Positions 31,067-43,349 of a stretch of DNA of 64,000 nt are shown piece by piece. The position numbers were made by a program, and so were the translations under genes. Every line of letters starts with the position of its first letter. Positions within the stretch are counted from its first letter, which is position 1. This DNA comes from an uncultured Gemmatimonadaceae bacterium. Lineage in GTDB: Bacteria > Gemmatimonadota > Gemmatimonadetes > Gemmatimonadales > Gemmatimonadaceae. The notes under the pieces are model-generated. The model did no database searches. It was not told the DNA's origin and saw nothing but the letters and a program-made list of their open reading frames with translations. Location: NCBI GenBank assembly GCA_963829055.1, contig CAWHHI010000012.1:160001-224000 (forward strand), read 5' to 3'.

Positions 31067-31768
31067 TTACCAAGAAGTTGCGCTCGCTGCGTCACTCGGC
31101 AAGAGGTCGCAGAATACAAAGCCGTCTCGCTCCACCACGACGCCCCGTTGCGTAGCGATCGAGTGAACGAACATGGGCGCGTCGTACACGAACGTGTGAA
31201 ACTCCCCGCGTTCTCCGCACGGATCGGCCGCGCTCGGCAGGGCATTCAGCAACGCGGCATCGAACTCACTGCCGCAATGCGACACGTCGATCTGACGCGG
31301 ATCGACACACACGAGCACGGCCTTGAATCCGGCGCGGATGAAGTCCGCCGCGAGTTTGCCGGTTGGCTTGCCCCACAACGGAAACAGCGGCCGGAGTCCT
31401 GCCTCGCCGACGACGCGCTCCCGATACGCACGAACGTCCGCGAGGTGGAGATCGCCGAACGCGACGCAGGTAATGCCAGCCGCATGGAGCCGATCGAGCT
31501 CGTCACGGGTGGCCTGCTCGTACTGATCGTTCGTTGCTGCGGCCGGGATGCGAACCGTCCAGAGCGGAATGCCGAGCGCTTCCGCCTGCGCGGTCACCAG
31601 CGCCGTCCGCACGCCGTGCATGCTCACGCGGTCGTAGCCGTCAGTAATCGTCGTCAACAGCCCACGAATGTCGACGGTCGGATCCCGCAGCAAGACGTGC
31701 AGCGCCAGCGCGCTGTCCTTACCACCGCTCCAACTCACGACCGTCGGCTCTCGCACTGCGGAAGTCAT
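31067..31768 (-). CDS. PP-loop ATP-binding protein (diphthine-ammonia ligase-like)
   Basis: SWSGGKDS, FGDLHL, PLW, DPCGERGEFHTFV. Confidence 0.88.
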   Translation of the reverse strand: MTSAVREPTVVSWSGGKDSALALHVLLRDPTVDIRGLLTTITDGYDRVSMHGVRTALVTAQAEALGIPLWTVRIPAAATNDQYEQATRDELDRLHAAGITCVAFGDLHLADVRAYRERVVGEAGLRPLFPLWGKPTGKLAADFIRAGFKAVLVCVDPRQIDVSHCGSEFDAALLNALPSAADPCGERGEFHTFVYDAPMFVHSIATQRGVVVERDGFVFCDLLPSDAASATSW

Positions 31769-31788
31769 GCGTGGTTCACGTATCGGTA

Positions 31789-32472
31789 TCAGGCATCGCT
31801 CACGTCGACGGCCGCGCCGTCCTCCCTCGCTCGCGTGAGACGCTCGCCCTGATCCCTGCGCCAGTCAGCGATCCGCTTGTGATCGCCCGAGAGTAGCACG
31901 TCTGGCACGTCGTGTCCGCGAAAGCTCGGCGGTCTCGTGTAGCTCGGCGCGCTCAGGCCACGGTCGTCGAAGAACGAGTCCCCGCGCGCGCTGTCGAGAT
32001 CGGACATCGCACCGGGAAGCAGCCGCACCGTCGCGTCCACGATCGCGAGCGCCGCGGGCTCGCCACCACTCAGCACGAAGTCGCCGAGCGAGATCTCTTC
32101 GGTCGCGAGGAAATCCGCGACGCGCTGATCGATGTCTTTGTAGTGTCCACAGAGCAGCGTCAGCGTTTCGCTTCCCGCGAAGCGCACGGCGTCCGCATGG
32201 CTGAACCGACGTCCGCGAGGCGACAGCAGCACGATCGGTCCCGCGATCTGAAGCGACTCGACGGCCTCGAAGAACGGCCCCGGCTTCATCACCATTCCCG
32301 CACCGCCGCCATACGGGTAGTCGTCTACCGTCCGGTGCCGATCGTGAGTGAAGTCGCGGAGGTCAACGACGTTGTATGTCACGGCGCCGGCGGCCGCCGC
32401 TCGCGCCGGAATGCTCAGCGCGAGCGGAGCCGCGAAGAACTCGGGAAAGATCGTGACGACATCGATCCTCAC
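31789..32472 (-). CDS. trmD: tRNA (guanine37-N1)-methyltransferase
   Basis: VDDYPYGGGAGMVMK, ISLGDFVLSGGE, YTRP, VLLSGDH. Confidence 0.97.
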   Translation of the reverse strand: MRIDVVTIFPEFFAAPLALSIPARAAAAGAVTYNVVDLRDFTHDRHRTVDDYPYGGGAGMVMKPGPFFEAVESLQIAGPIVLLSPRGRRFSHADAVRFAGSETLTLLCGHYKDIDQRVADFLATEEISLGDFVLSGGEPAALAIVDATVRLLPGAMSDLDSARGDSFFDDRGLSAPSYTRPPSFRGHDVPDVLLSGDHKRIADWRRDQGERLTRAREDGAAVDVSDA

Positions 32473-33003
32473 TCGAGCAAACCCTCGGGCGGATCGATCT
32501 CCAGCCGACGCTCGGCGAGATCAACGCGGGTTACGACCTCACCACGAAACGGGATGAGGACGCTCCCACTCGGACGCCTAACGTCGAGCATGACGCCCTG
32601 TGGCAACTCGTAGACGTCGGTCACCTCGCCGACAGGCTCGAGAGAGCCGGCGCGCACGACGGACAAGCCGAACAGGTCGTGGATGTAGACCTCACCTTCC
32701 TCGACCGGCGCGAGCTCATTCACGCGGCGCGAGAAGGTAGCGCTCACGCCACAGCTCGGCCTCGTTGCGGTCGGCGATGCTATCGAACGCAACGATCCAC
32801 CCGCCCTTGAATGGGCGGCTTTCCTCGACCACGAGCTCTCGTCGGTCGCGCGCGGGATCGCCATCGACGGTTCCCGCAAAAACACGACGGCCGGGCGCGA
32901 AGACCGCGTCCGGCACGTTGGTCAGCGGCTCGACGACGAGCTCGCCGTGGATTCCGTGTGCTTTGCGGACGCGCCCGACGATCGCGAATTCGGGCGCCGT
33001 CAC
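32469..33003 (-). CDS. rimM: 16S rRNA processing protein RimM (frameshift near 32720)
   Basis: VGRVRKAHGIHGE, DRNEAE; then YIHDLFGL, LIPF, IDPPEGLLE in the next frame; synteny. Confidence 0.93.
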
Positions 33004-33004
33004 G

Positions 33005-33340
33005 TCACTCCGCCGTGCCGGCGGGGGCGTCAGCAGCCGCCTCGCGGACCGGAACGGCCGCGGTGTTCAGCTTGCGGGCAAGACGCGCCTCGTGGCGGAC
33101 CTTCAGGAGCCCCGCCTTTCTGAGAAGCGAACGCACCGTGTCGCTCGGCTGAGCGCCGACGTCGAGCCAGTGATTCGCGCGCTCGGTGTTCAGCTGGACG
33201 GCCTGATCGCCCTGGCGCGGATAGTACTGGCCAATGATCTCGATGAAGCGTCCGTCGCGCGGGCTCGTCGACTCGGCGACGACAATGCGATAGGACGGCG
33301 AGTTCTTGCGGCCGGTGCGGCGAAGTCGAATGCGAACCAT
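33005..33340 (-). CDS. rpsP: 30S ribosomal protein S16
   Basis: MVRIRLRRTGRKNSPSYRIVVA, PRDGRFIE, GAQPSDTV. Confidence 0.98.
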   Translation of the reverse strand: MVRIRLRRTGRKNSPSYRIVVAESTSPRDGRFIEIIGQYYPRQGDQAVQLNTERANHWLDVGAQPSDTVRSLLRKAGLLKVRHEARLARKLNTAAVPVREAAADAPAGTAE

Positions 33341-33447
33341 GGTGTGTTTCCCGTTAGGCGTGTCGTACACAACGCTGGGTTCCTCGCGCCTCCGGAAGGT
33401 CCGGAACGCACCCAGCAAGCAGCAACTAGCAAGCGGTAGCCAGCAAG

Positions 33448-34780
33448 TTACCGCATCCCCATCATCCCGGGCGGCAATCGCATGCCGCCGCCTGACGAGG
33501 CCTTCTTCATCATCTTCTTCATGTCGCGGAACTGCTCCAGCAGTCGGTTGACTTCGTTCGTCGGCCGGCCCGAGCCTTTCGCGATACGTGAGCGTCGCGA
33601 CCCGTTGATCAGAGTCGGATCCTTTCGCTCTGCAGGCGTCATGGAGAGCACGATCGCTTCGACGTGCTTCATGCGCTTCGGATCGAGATTGGCCTGCTTG
33701 AGCATTTTGGAATTCACGCCAGGAAGCATCTTCAGGATCCCTTCGATGGGACCGAGCTTCTGCATCTGACGCATGGCGGTGAGCATGTCGTTCAGGTCCA
33801 TGCCTTCCTTGCGGACCTTTTTCTCCAGCTTCCTCGCCTCGTCCTCGTCGAACGCCGACTGCGCCTTCTCGACGAGCGAGACCACGTCGCCCATCTGGAG
33901 AATGCGGCCGGCCATGCGCTCAGGATGGAACTCCTCGAGCGCATCGGTCTTCTCGCCGACGCCGATGTACTTGATCGGCTTCTTCGTGACGCCGTAGATC
34001 GACAGCGCCGCGCCACCGCGCGCGTCGCCATCGAGCTTCGTGAGAATCACACCGGTTATCGACAGCGCCTGGTCGAAGCCCTGCGCGATTCGCACGGCCT
34101 CCTGACCGGTCATGCCGTCGGCCACCAGAAGGATCTCGTCGGGGTGAACGGCTTCTTTCACCTTTACGAGCTCCTTCATCATCTCTTCATCGATCTGCAG
34201 TCGGCCTGCGGTGTCGATGATCACAACGCGGTCGCGGGCGCGGCGGGACTGTTCGATCCCCTGCTTCACGATCCGCACGACGTCCTTTGTCGTGCGATCG
34301 GCGTACACGGGAATCTCGAGCTGCGCACCGAGTGTTTCGAGCTGATCGATGGCGGCCGGCCGATACACGTCCGCGGCGATCAGTCGCGTGGGTCGCGACT
34401 CACCCTTGAGACGACGCGCGAGCTTGGCAGCGGTCGTCGTCTTACCCGACCCCTGTAGCCCCACCATCATCACGATCGTCGGTGGGAGTGGAGCTATGCT
34501 TGAGTCCCTCTCGATGCTCGCCGAGCATGGCGGCGAGCTCGTCGTGGACAATCTTGACCAGTTGTTGCGCGGGGGAGACCGTGCGCAACGCCGACACGCC
34601 GACGGACTTCTTCTCGACGCGCTCCAGGAACTCGCGCGTCAGCTGGAAGTTTACGTCAGCTTCGAGGAGAACTCGGCGAACCTCGCGGAGTCCTTCCTTG
34701 ATGTCGGCATCAGTAAGGACGCCACGGCCACGGAGGCGCGCAAACGTCGCTTCGAGTTTCTCGGACAGCTCATCGAACAT
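33448..34780 (-). CDS. ffh: Signal recognition particle protein (frameshift near 34495)
   Basis: LLEADVN, GLQGSGKTT, DTAGRLQID, TKLDGDARGGAALS, M domain. Confidence 0.96.
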
Positions 34781-34892
34781 AGCCGTTAAACGTAGATAGC
34801 CGTGCGGGTTGAAGCAACCGCAGATGGCTGTCATTCCGGGCCTATCTTGTTAGCTTACCCGGTCCCTTCCCCCTCGCCGCCGCAGACGTCGC

Positions 34893-37347
34893 ATGGCTCG
34901 TAACCAACGTAAAGAAGAGATCCTCAAATCCGAGCTCCCGCCGGCGCTGCCGCTCATGGCGCTGCGGTCCACCATCGTCTATCCGCTTGGTACGATCGCG
35001 GTGCAGATGGGGGCTCCGGAAAACCTGGCCCTGCTGCGCGCCAACGAGGAAGCGGGCCTGATCGTCGCTCTCGTCGTCGCCAGTGGCGATCACGATGAGC
35101 CGGTCGAGCCTGGAAAGTTCGTTGGGCGGGTGGGCGTTGCCGCCCGGGTGCATGAGCGGATCAATCTGCCGGGCGACACGGTGCAGATCACGCTGCAGGG
35201 ACTTCGTCGCATCACGATCGAGTCGATCGAGCAGACGAGCCCCTACGCTATCGCGTCGATCAAGGCGGCCAGAGAAACGCCGGCCGAGCCGGCGGAGCTC
35301 GAGGATCTCGTGGCGCGGGTGGTATCCGCCGCCGAGACGCTCGCGGACCTCGTCGACCGCATTCCCGGACGAGGTGCCGCAGATCCTCAAGATGAACGTG
35401 TCCGATCCAGGACGGTTCGCCGACCTCGCGGCCACGAACATGAACTTCCGGATCTCGGACAAGGACGAAGTCCTGCAGCGGCTCGATGTCGGCCAGCGCA
35501 TTCGGTTCATCCTGTCGCGCCTCGAGCGCGAAGTCGCGCGCGCTCGCGTCATGGAAGACGTGAAGCGCCAGACCGAGGTGAAGATCGAGCAGCATCAGCG
35601 CGAGTTCTATCTGCGCCAGCAGCTCCGCGCGATTCAGGCGGAGCTCGGCGAGGCAGACCCCGGTGAGAAGGAAGCCCTCGACACGCTCAAGAAGATCGAA
35701 GAGGCGAAGCTTCCCGAGAAGGTGGCGCAGGAAGCTCGGCGTGAGACCGAGCGGCTGCGCATGCTCTCACCGGCATCGAGCGAGTATCAGGTCATTCGCA
35801 CGTACATGGACTGGATCCTGTCGCTGCCGTGGCACAAGCGGTCGGGCGACGAGGAGATCGCGCTCAAGAAAGTGGAGGAGGCGCTCGACACGCGGCACTA
35901 CGGGTTGCTCGAGGCGAAAGAGCGCATCATCGAGTTTCTCGCGGTGCGCAAGCTCAGAGGCGGCGATCCGCATGGCCCCATTCTTTGCCTTGTCGGCCCC
36001 CCCGGCACCGGCAAGACGTCGTTAGGCGAGGCGATCGCGAAAGCCATCGGGCGCGAGTTCTACCGCATCTCCGTCGGCGGCGTCCGCGACGAAGCGGAGA
36101 TTCGCGGGCATCGACGGACGTACGTCGGCGCGCTTCCGGGGCTGCTCATCCAGGCGCTCAGGCGCGTGGGCGTGAAAGACCCGGTGCTCATGATCGACGA
36201 GATCGACAAGATGTCCGCCGGCGGACCGTCCGGCGATCCCACCGCGGCGATGCTCGAAGTACTCGACCCGTCGCAGAACGACGAGTTCGTCGATCACTAC
36301 CTGAATCTCCCGTTCGATCTTTCGGCCTGTCTGTTCATCTGCACGGCGAACAACCTGTTCGACATTCCGGCGCCGCTCCGCGACCGGATGGAAGTCATTC
36401 GCATCGCGGGGTACACGGTCGAGGAGAAGGTCGAGATCGCGTGGCGGTATCTCATGCCGCGGCTGCTCGAGGAGCATGGCATCACCGACAAGGACATTCA
36501 GTTCACGGACGAGGTGCTCAGCTTCATCTCGGGCCGCTACTCGCGTGAGGCAGGTCTCCGCAACTTCGAGCGCAACCTCGCGTCGATCATGCGGAAGCGC
36601 GCGCGGGCCAAGGCCGAGGGCGAAGAGGGCGCGTGGATCATCGACCTCGCGCGCGTCGAGCACATCCTCGGTGCGCCGCGCTACGCCATGGAAGAAGCGG
36701 AGAAGGAACCGGAGATCGGCGTCGTCACCGGCCTCGCCTGGACGTCGACCGGCGGTGACATCATGCTCATCGAGGCGCTGCGCATGGCAGGCAGCGGTCG
36801 CCTAACGGTAACCGGCCAGCTCGGTGACGTGATGCGCGAGTCCGTGGACGCCGCTCTGTCGTTCGTGCGGTCGCGCGCGAAGGTGTTGGAGATTCCGGAG
36901 CAGGACTTCCGCGAGAGCGACCTGCACATCCACTTCCCCGCGGGCGCGATTCCCAAGGACGGACCGAGCGCGGGCATCGCCGTCACGCTCGCCATCGCCA
37001 GCGTGTGGAGCCGGCGCCCCGTTAGGCGCGACGTCGCCATGACGGGCGAGGTGACGCTGCGCGGCAAGGTGCTGGAGATCGGCGGCGTCAAGGAAAAGAC
37101 CCTCGCGGCGTATCGCGCCGGTCTGCGCGAGGTGATCATGCCGAAGGGGAACGAAAAGGATCTGCGCGACGTGCCGCCGGAGGTGCGCGCGAACATGGCG
37201 TTCACGTTCGTGGCGACGATGGACGAGGTGCTCCGTCTTGCGCTGCTGCCAGCGCCGGCGCCGGAGCTGGCCGATCAGGTCGCACCGGAGATTCAGCCGA
37301 CGTCTGATCGCGCCACCGCCGAAGCGGAGGCGGTGCCGGCGGACTAG
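34893..37347 (+). CDS. lon: Lon protease (frameshift near 35365)
   Basis: Lon N domain; GPPGTGKTSLG, IRGHRRTYVGA, IDEIDK; catalytic PKDGPSAG and GGVKEK. Confidence 0.96.
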
Positions 37348-37372
37348 TTCCCGCTCGGGATGCCGTTGCGCG

Positions 37373-38683
37373 TCAATCGCGCAACGTCACCTTCGTCAGG
37401 TCGATCGCGTCGGTGGGCGCGCCGGTCGGCACGTCCATGTAGAGGACGACCGGGCGTCCGCCGACTTCGGTCGTCGTGATCTGGATCGTGCGGCCGCCGA
37501 CGTCATAGGTGCGGGCCTCGCTGCTTGCAGCACGCGGTTTGGCGTTGCGGTAGCGCTTCAGGATGACCGTGTCGACGATGTCGAAGAATTCGCCGGCGTC
37601 GATTCTCGAGTCCCACACCGTCACCCACGCAATGCCGTCGCCGCCCTTCGTGTCGAACAGCACGAAGCGATCGCCATCCCAACCGGCGGCGCCGCGGATT
37701 GCCGCGTTCTGATCCTGCAGGTGCTGGAACAGGAACAGACGCGTCTCGAACTCGCCAAGGTTGTTCGAGTACACGCTCTTCGCTCCGCCGCGTGAGCTCC
37801 GGTAGCGTGACGACTGTTGGCGGATCGGCCTTGTCGAAGTAGGCGGACGTGTGGAGGATCTGCTCCGTCGACAGCGGCATCTCCGCCAAATGGAACCTTG
37901 CCCGGTCGCGTTTCGTCGAAGTGGCGCATGAACTCGGCGCCGCTCAGATACGGGAAGATCAGCGTCTCCTGGATGATCATCGGCGCGGACGAGAACACGG
38001 GCATGCTGCTCTGGCCTTCCCGGATCATGTCGCGCACGCGATCCCATCCGCCCGGCAGCTGTGCCGCGAGGTTACTCGTGCCGAGCATCGCCTGCACCTG
38101 CTCGAACGTCGCCTGCCCTTCGATGACGGCCTGCGCCGCGACCTGACGATCGTTGTCGCCCGTGATCTTCTGAATCGAGTCGAGATTCAGATACTGATCC
38201 TGTAGCGCGTGCACGAGCTCGTGGGTCACCGTCACGCCGACCATTGCCGGGTCGGCGCCGTCGACGACGTACAGGACCTTCGTGGCCGGATCGTAGTAGC
38301 CGACGACCTGCTCCGTGAGCAGCTCGAGCATGAACGGGCGCAGTTGCAGCGTATCGGAGATGAGCCCGAAGCGGCGATACGTGCGCTCGATGCGCGCTGA
38401 TCTCGGCCGCGGGCATCGACTCGTTGAACTTCTGCATGAGGAACGAGCGGACCTCGTCCTTCGATCGCCGCTCGACCTTCGGTGGCGTCTTGAAGGGCAA
38501 CCCGACCGCTTTCTCGATGCGCGGCACCGCGTCGTTCACTTCCTTTGCATAGGGGCCGGAGTTGCTCGCTGCGGAGCCTTTCGCTGCAGCGCCGCCGTCT
38601 CGCGAGCACGCACCTAACGTTGCGAGTGCCAACGAGCACAGGGCCGCGAGCGCACGTGCCCTAACGAGTCTTACTCCGTCCAT
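37373..38683 (-). CDS. Lipoprotein with HExxH zinc-metallopeptidase-like motif (about three frameshifts)
   Basis: Lipobox LGAC; GYYDP...HELVHALQDQ...EGQA; FPYLSG, PLSTEQILH and AAGWDGD spread over adjacent frames. Confidence 0.75.
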
Positions 38684-39886
38684 GTCACGTCCTTTGAAGT
38701 GGCGAGCCTGACGACGCGTGCAATATCATGACCCCGGACGACGATGCCCTGCTCCGCGAGCACGCGCTGCAACTCCGCGTCGAGCGCCGCCAGCGACGTT
38801 GGGTCGTCGGACGACGCGCGGGGCGGACTGGCTGGACGCTCGCGGCGCAGACGTGGCGGCGGCGCCGTTGGTGGACGCTGCCGCGGCTTCGGGCACGCCA
38901 GCCGGCGGAACGAAGATCGCCTCGATCTCCGCGCCGAACCGCTCCAACGCGGCGAAGCCGTTGCGGGCCATCCGCTCGATTGGATCGTCCTCGGGATCGA
39001 CGCGATCCATCGGCTCCTCCACGGTCTCGGAACGCGGCTGCTGCCGTTCCGCTCCCTTCCGTTCCGGACGAGCCGCCGCAAGCGCGCGCCGACGTCGAAT
39101 GAGCTCCTGCGCGCGCTCCGAGTACTCTGCCACGGCGTGCGTGTGCGCACAGGCTTCGTCGAGCGCGTCGATGGCGCGATCCGGCCGCATGCGATCCGTC
39201 TCGTACCGATCGGTGAGCTCGACGGCCGCGCGCACCGCGGATTCGGTGATGACGACGTTATGATGGCGTTCGAGTCGCTCGACGCGGGCCCTGATGATGT
39301 CGAGCGTCTCATCGGCGGACAGCTCGCGAACGAGGACACGCTGAAACCGCCGCTCGAGCGCGGGGTCACCGCAGACCCAGCGTTCGTACTCGTCGTTCGT
39401 GGTCGCGCCGATCACGCGGAAGTCGCCGCGGACGAGCGCCGGCTTGAGCATGTTGCCGGCATCCATCGCGACGCCCATGGCGGTGCCCTGCCCAATCAGG
39501 TTGTGCAGCTCATCGATGAACAGCACGACGTCGGGTGACGCGGTCGTGTCGGCAACGAGGCGTCGAATGCGCTCCTCGTAGTCGCCGCGGTACGTGGTGC
39601 CCGCGAGGAGCGAGACGTGGTCGACGGCCATGATGCGCGTGCCGCGCAGCGACAGCGGCACATCGTTCGCCGCGAGCCGCTGCGCGAGCCCTTCGACGAT
39701 CGCCGTCTTGCCGACGCCGGCTGGACCCACCAGTGCAGGATTGTTCTTGCCGTGACGGAGCAGGATGTCCATCACGCGGGAGATCTCTTCGGCGCGGCAT
39801 CGCACCGGTTCGAGACGACCTTCGCGCGCATCCGCGGTCAGGTCGCGCGCATAGCGTCCGAGAACGCCGTCAGATTGGCGGGCCAT
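38671..39886 (-). CDS. Stand-alone Clp/Hsp100 first AAA+ module (frameshift near 38830)
   Basis: RYARDLT, KNNPALVGPAGVGKTAIVEGLAQR, FIDELH, GATTNDEY, DPALERRFQ, PDRAIDALDEAC; ends HDIARVVRLATSKDVTWTE. Confidence 0.85.
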
Positions 39887-39943
39887 GGGGTCAGCTTTGA
39901 GACATCGCAGCGTCTCGCTGCGTGACACTCATCCGGGTGCGGA

Positions 39944-40812
39944 TCATCCGGGTCCGGTCATGCGGCCGGCGTACCAGCCGATGAGGTCATATCCCCAAAG
40001 CAAAGTGGCGAGCGCGGCGGGCGCAAGGAAAACACCGAATGGAACGTGTGGCAGCTCAGCTGGCGCGTCGCCGAGTGCGAGGTCGAATTGCGGCTCGGCA
40101 CTGGTTCGCGACGGAGCCGCGAGAGCGGGTACACGACGCCCAGGAACGCGACGACACCGATCACCGCGCCAACGAACACGACGAGCAGCGCTCGTCCCGG
40201 ACCAACGGCCGCGCCGATCACCGCCATGAGCGTCACGTCGCCAAAGCCCATCGCTTCCTTCTTGAGCGCGACCTCGCCCAACCAGCCGGCAATGGCGATC
40301 GCGCCGGCGCCGGCGCACGCGCCGATCATCGCATCGTACGGATCCGCAAACGGCGACGGCTGATTGAGCATTGTGCCCACGACCGCGGTCAGGAACACCC
40401 ACAGCAATCCGAATACGGTGAAGCCGTCAGGGATGAGGTAGTGTCGCGCATCCGTGACGGCGATACCGAGTAGCACGGTTCCGAGCACCGCGACGCGAAC
40501 CGCGGTGAACGTCGGGCCAAACGCGAGCACGGTTCCCAGCCATCCGAGGCCAGTGATCAATTCGATCGCCGGATAGAGCGTGGAGATCGGCAGCGCACAG
40601 CCGCGGCATTTACCGCGCAGCAGGACCCAACTCAGAATCGGGATGTTGTCGAGCGCCGTGATCGGGCGCTCGCAGCGCGGACAGCGAGAGCGAGGACGCA
40701 CGACGGAGAGATCGTGCGGCCATCGCGTTATGCAGACGTTGAGAAACGATCCCACGCATGCGCCGACGACGAATGCGAAGAGCAGCTCGGGCCAGACGGT
40801 GACGGGCGTCAC
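39944..40812 (-). CDS. pilD: Prepilin peptidase / N-methyltransferase (frameshift near 40105)
   Basis: GSFLNVCITRWP, two CxxC, DNIPILSW, TDARHYLIPD, MGFGD; VPFGVFLA in the shifted frame. Confidence 0.92.
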
Positions 40813-41568
40813 GGGCGAAGCTCGTAGAGGAGAATACCGGCGGCAACGGCGACGTTCAGCGACTCGACGGAGTCGGCGAGCGGCAGCGCGACAAAGTGAG
40901 GCGACGAGCGGCGTAGCTCATCGCTCAAGCCACTGCCTTCGTTGCCCACGGCGAGCGCCAGACGGCGCGGCGCCGTGGCACGATCGACGGGCGTGCCGCG
41001 CGCGTCTGCGCCCCACAACGGCATACTGGCGCCGTCGAGGAACAGTCGGAGCTCGTCCCATGTACAATGAAGTGCCGGGTGGAAGAAGTGAGCGCCCATT
41101 GCGCTACGGACGACTTTGGCGTTCCACAGGTCAACGGTTCCCGGAAGTGCGACTGTGGCGGTGGCGCCAAGGGCGGCTGCGGTACGCACCAGGGTGCCGA
41201 CGTTGCCGGGGTCCTGGATGCCATCCAGCACGAGCACGCGGGCAGGATCGGACAGTCGCATAGTCCTGCAGCGCGCGCCTGGGGATTTCGGCGATGATGA
41301 GGATGCCTTGTGGAGTCTCTGTCTCGCTCGCGCTTTCGAATTCGGCGGCGGTGACGTCGGTGACCTCTATGTTCCGCGCCGTGAGGGCGTCACGCAGTGC
41401 GGTGCCGCGCGCGTTCGATGTGAGCTGCGGCGAGGTGAGCGCGCCGACGATGCGCAGCGCGGATCGCGCGAGCTCTTCGCCCGCGCGAACGCCTTCGACG
41501 ACGAATAGTGCATTGCGATCGCGTGCTTTGCGACGGCGGAGGTCGCGTGCTAACGTCAGTAGTCGCAC
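40809..41568 (-). CDS. TrmH/SpoU family RNA methyltransferase (frameshift near 41265)
   Basis: FVVEGVR, ETPQGI; LDGIQDPGNVGTLVR, GNEGSG, ESLNVAVA. Confidence 0.92.
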
Positions 41569-41642
41569 AGTATTACGTGGGACCAGTCGATTGGAATGCC
41601 TCTTGCCTTTTTTAGGCTGAGCAATACAGACCAGGAGCAAGC

Positions 41643-42453
41643 ATGAAACGTATACTCATCGGGTTGGCGCTCGCGGCGACGGGATCTGCTTGCGCGATCT
41701 CGACGCAGCAAGAAGTGCAGATGGGAACTGAATACGCGCAACAGATCAATGCGCAGCTTCCCGTCGTCAAAGATCCCGAAATCGTCCGCTACATCAACGT
41801 GATCGGCGACTCGATCGCGAAGCTCACGGATGACCGCCATCTGGATTGGCAGTTCTTCGTCGTGAACGCGGCCGAGGTGAACGCGTTCGCCGTGCCCGGT
41901 GGCTACGTCTACGTGAATCGCGGGCTCATCGAGCGCGCGCAGCGCATGGATCAACTCGCGGGCGTGTTGGGGCACGAGATCGGACACGTGACGCGTCGTC
42001 ACTCCGTGCAGCAGATGCAGAAGGCGCAGGAGCGCGAACATCGGTGTGACGCTGGCGTGCGTGCTCACGAGCGTGTGTAACAACCAGGCAACTGGAGCCG
42101 CGATCGACGTGGCGGGCGGTGCGCTGTTCGCGAAGTTCAGCCGCGACGATGAGGCGGAAGCCGATGCCGAAGGCGTGAAGAACGTCGTGCGCGCGGGCAT
42201 CGACCCGCGCGGAATCCCGGAGATGTTCCAGATCCTGCTGAACGAGCGCGAATCCTCGCCGTCATCGGTGAGCTCGTTTTTCGCCACGCACCCGCTCGAG
42301 GAGGATCGCATTCAGGCGACGCAGGCGCAGATCGCGAAGATCGCCCCCACGATCCTGAATGGCTTGACGAAGGACAGCCAGAGCTTCCAGGCGTTCAAGC
42401 AGCGCGTTCGTGCGCTCCCTGCTCCCCCGCCGCCGCCGCGGGCGAGTCAGTAA
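41643..42453 (+). CDS. M48 family metallopeptidase lipoprotein (frameshift near 42030)
   Basis: Lipobox-like [32 protein letters not shown]. Confidence 0.9.
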
Positions 42454-42473
42454 CTCGCGGACAGGATGAACGC

Positions 42474-42517
42474 AGAAACGGCCTCGGGGACGCATTCAGT
42501 CTCCCGAGGCCGTTTCT
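42474..42517 (+). terminator. Probable intrinsic terminator
   Basis: AGAAACGGCCTCGGG ... CCCGAGGCCGTTTCT 15-bp stem, about 20 bp after the stop codon. Confidence 0.75.
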
Positions 42518-42543
42518 TCAGGTAGTCGACCATTCTTCTCTCC

Positions 42544-43323
42544 ATGCACATTGCACTCACCATCGCCGGCTCCGACTCGGGCGGCGGCGCTGGCATCCAG
42601 GCAGACCTCAAGACGTTTCACCGGTTCGGCGTGTACGGAACGTCGGCCATCACGGCGTTGACGGCGCAGAACACGCGCGGTGTCGATCGAGTGGATCGCT
42701 GTGGACGCCAGCGTTCGTGCGACGGCAGATCGATGCCGTCGCGTCCGATCTGCGGCCGCACGCCGTGAAGAGCGGCATGCTCGGGACGGCCGCCATCGTG
42801 CGCGCAGTCGCCGACAGCGTGCGCGAACACCGGCTTGCACCGTTCGTCGTCGATCCCGTGATGGTCGCGACGTCAGGCGACCCGCTACTCGACACCAGCG
42901 CCGTCACGGCGGTTCGCGATGACCTAACGCCGCTCGCCGACCTCATCACGCCCAACCTCGACGAGGTCGCGGTGCTTCTCGGAGTGCGTCCTCGAGACGA
43001 AGGTGAAATGTGCGATGCGGCCGAGCGTTTGGTGCGCGAGCTCGGGGCGCGCGCGGCGCTCGTGAAGGGCGGCCATCTCGACGGCCACGACATCGTCGAC
43101 GTCCTGTACGACGGCCAGCTGCACATTCTGGCGGCGACCACGGATCGTTACCAGCAGCACGCACGGCACCGGCTGTACGCTGTCCGCCGCTATCGCGGCG
43201 CTACTCGCGCTCGGGCATTCGCTGCCGGATGCCGTGATGGAGGCGCTCGCGTTCGTCCAGCGCGCCATCGAGACGGCCCCCGGACTCGGCGGCGGACACG
43301 GCCCGCTCAACCACTGGGCCTAA
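42544..43323 (+). CDS. thiD: Hydroxymethylpyrimidine/phosphomethylpyrimidine kinase (two frameshifts)
   Basis: [55 protein letters not shown]. Confidence 0.93.
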
Positions 43324-43349
43324 CGCATCACCACGCGAGCCGCGGGCGG

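Noticed and set aside
33345..33445. Hairpin-forming sequence between ffh and rpsP as a possible SRP (4.5S) RNA
   Set aside because: It lacks the conserved helix-8 pattern (CAGG...GGAA...AGCAG) and is short; more likely ordinary intergenic or leader structure.
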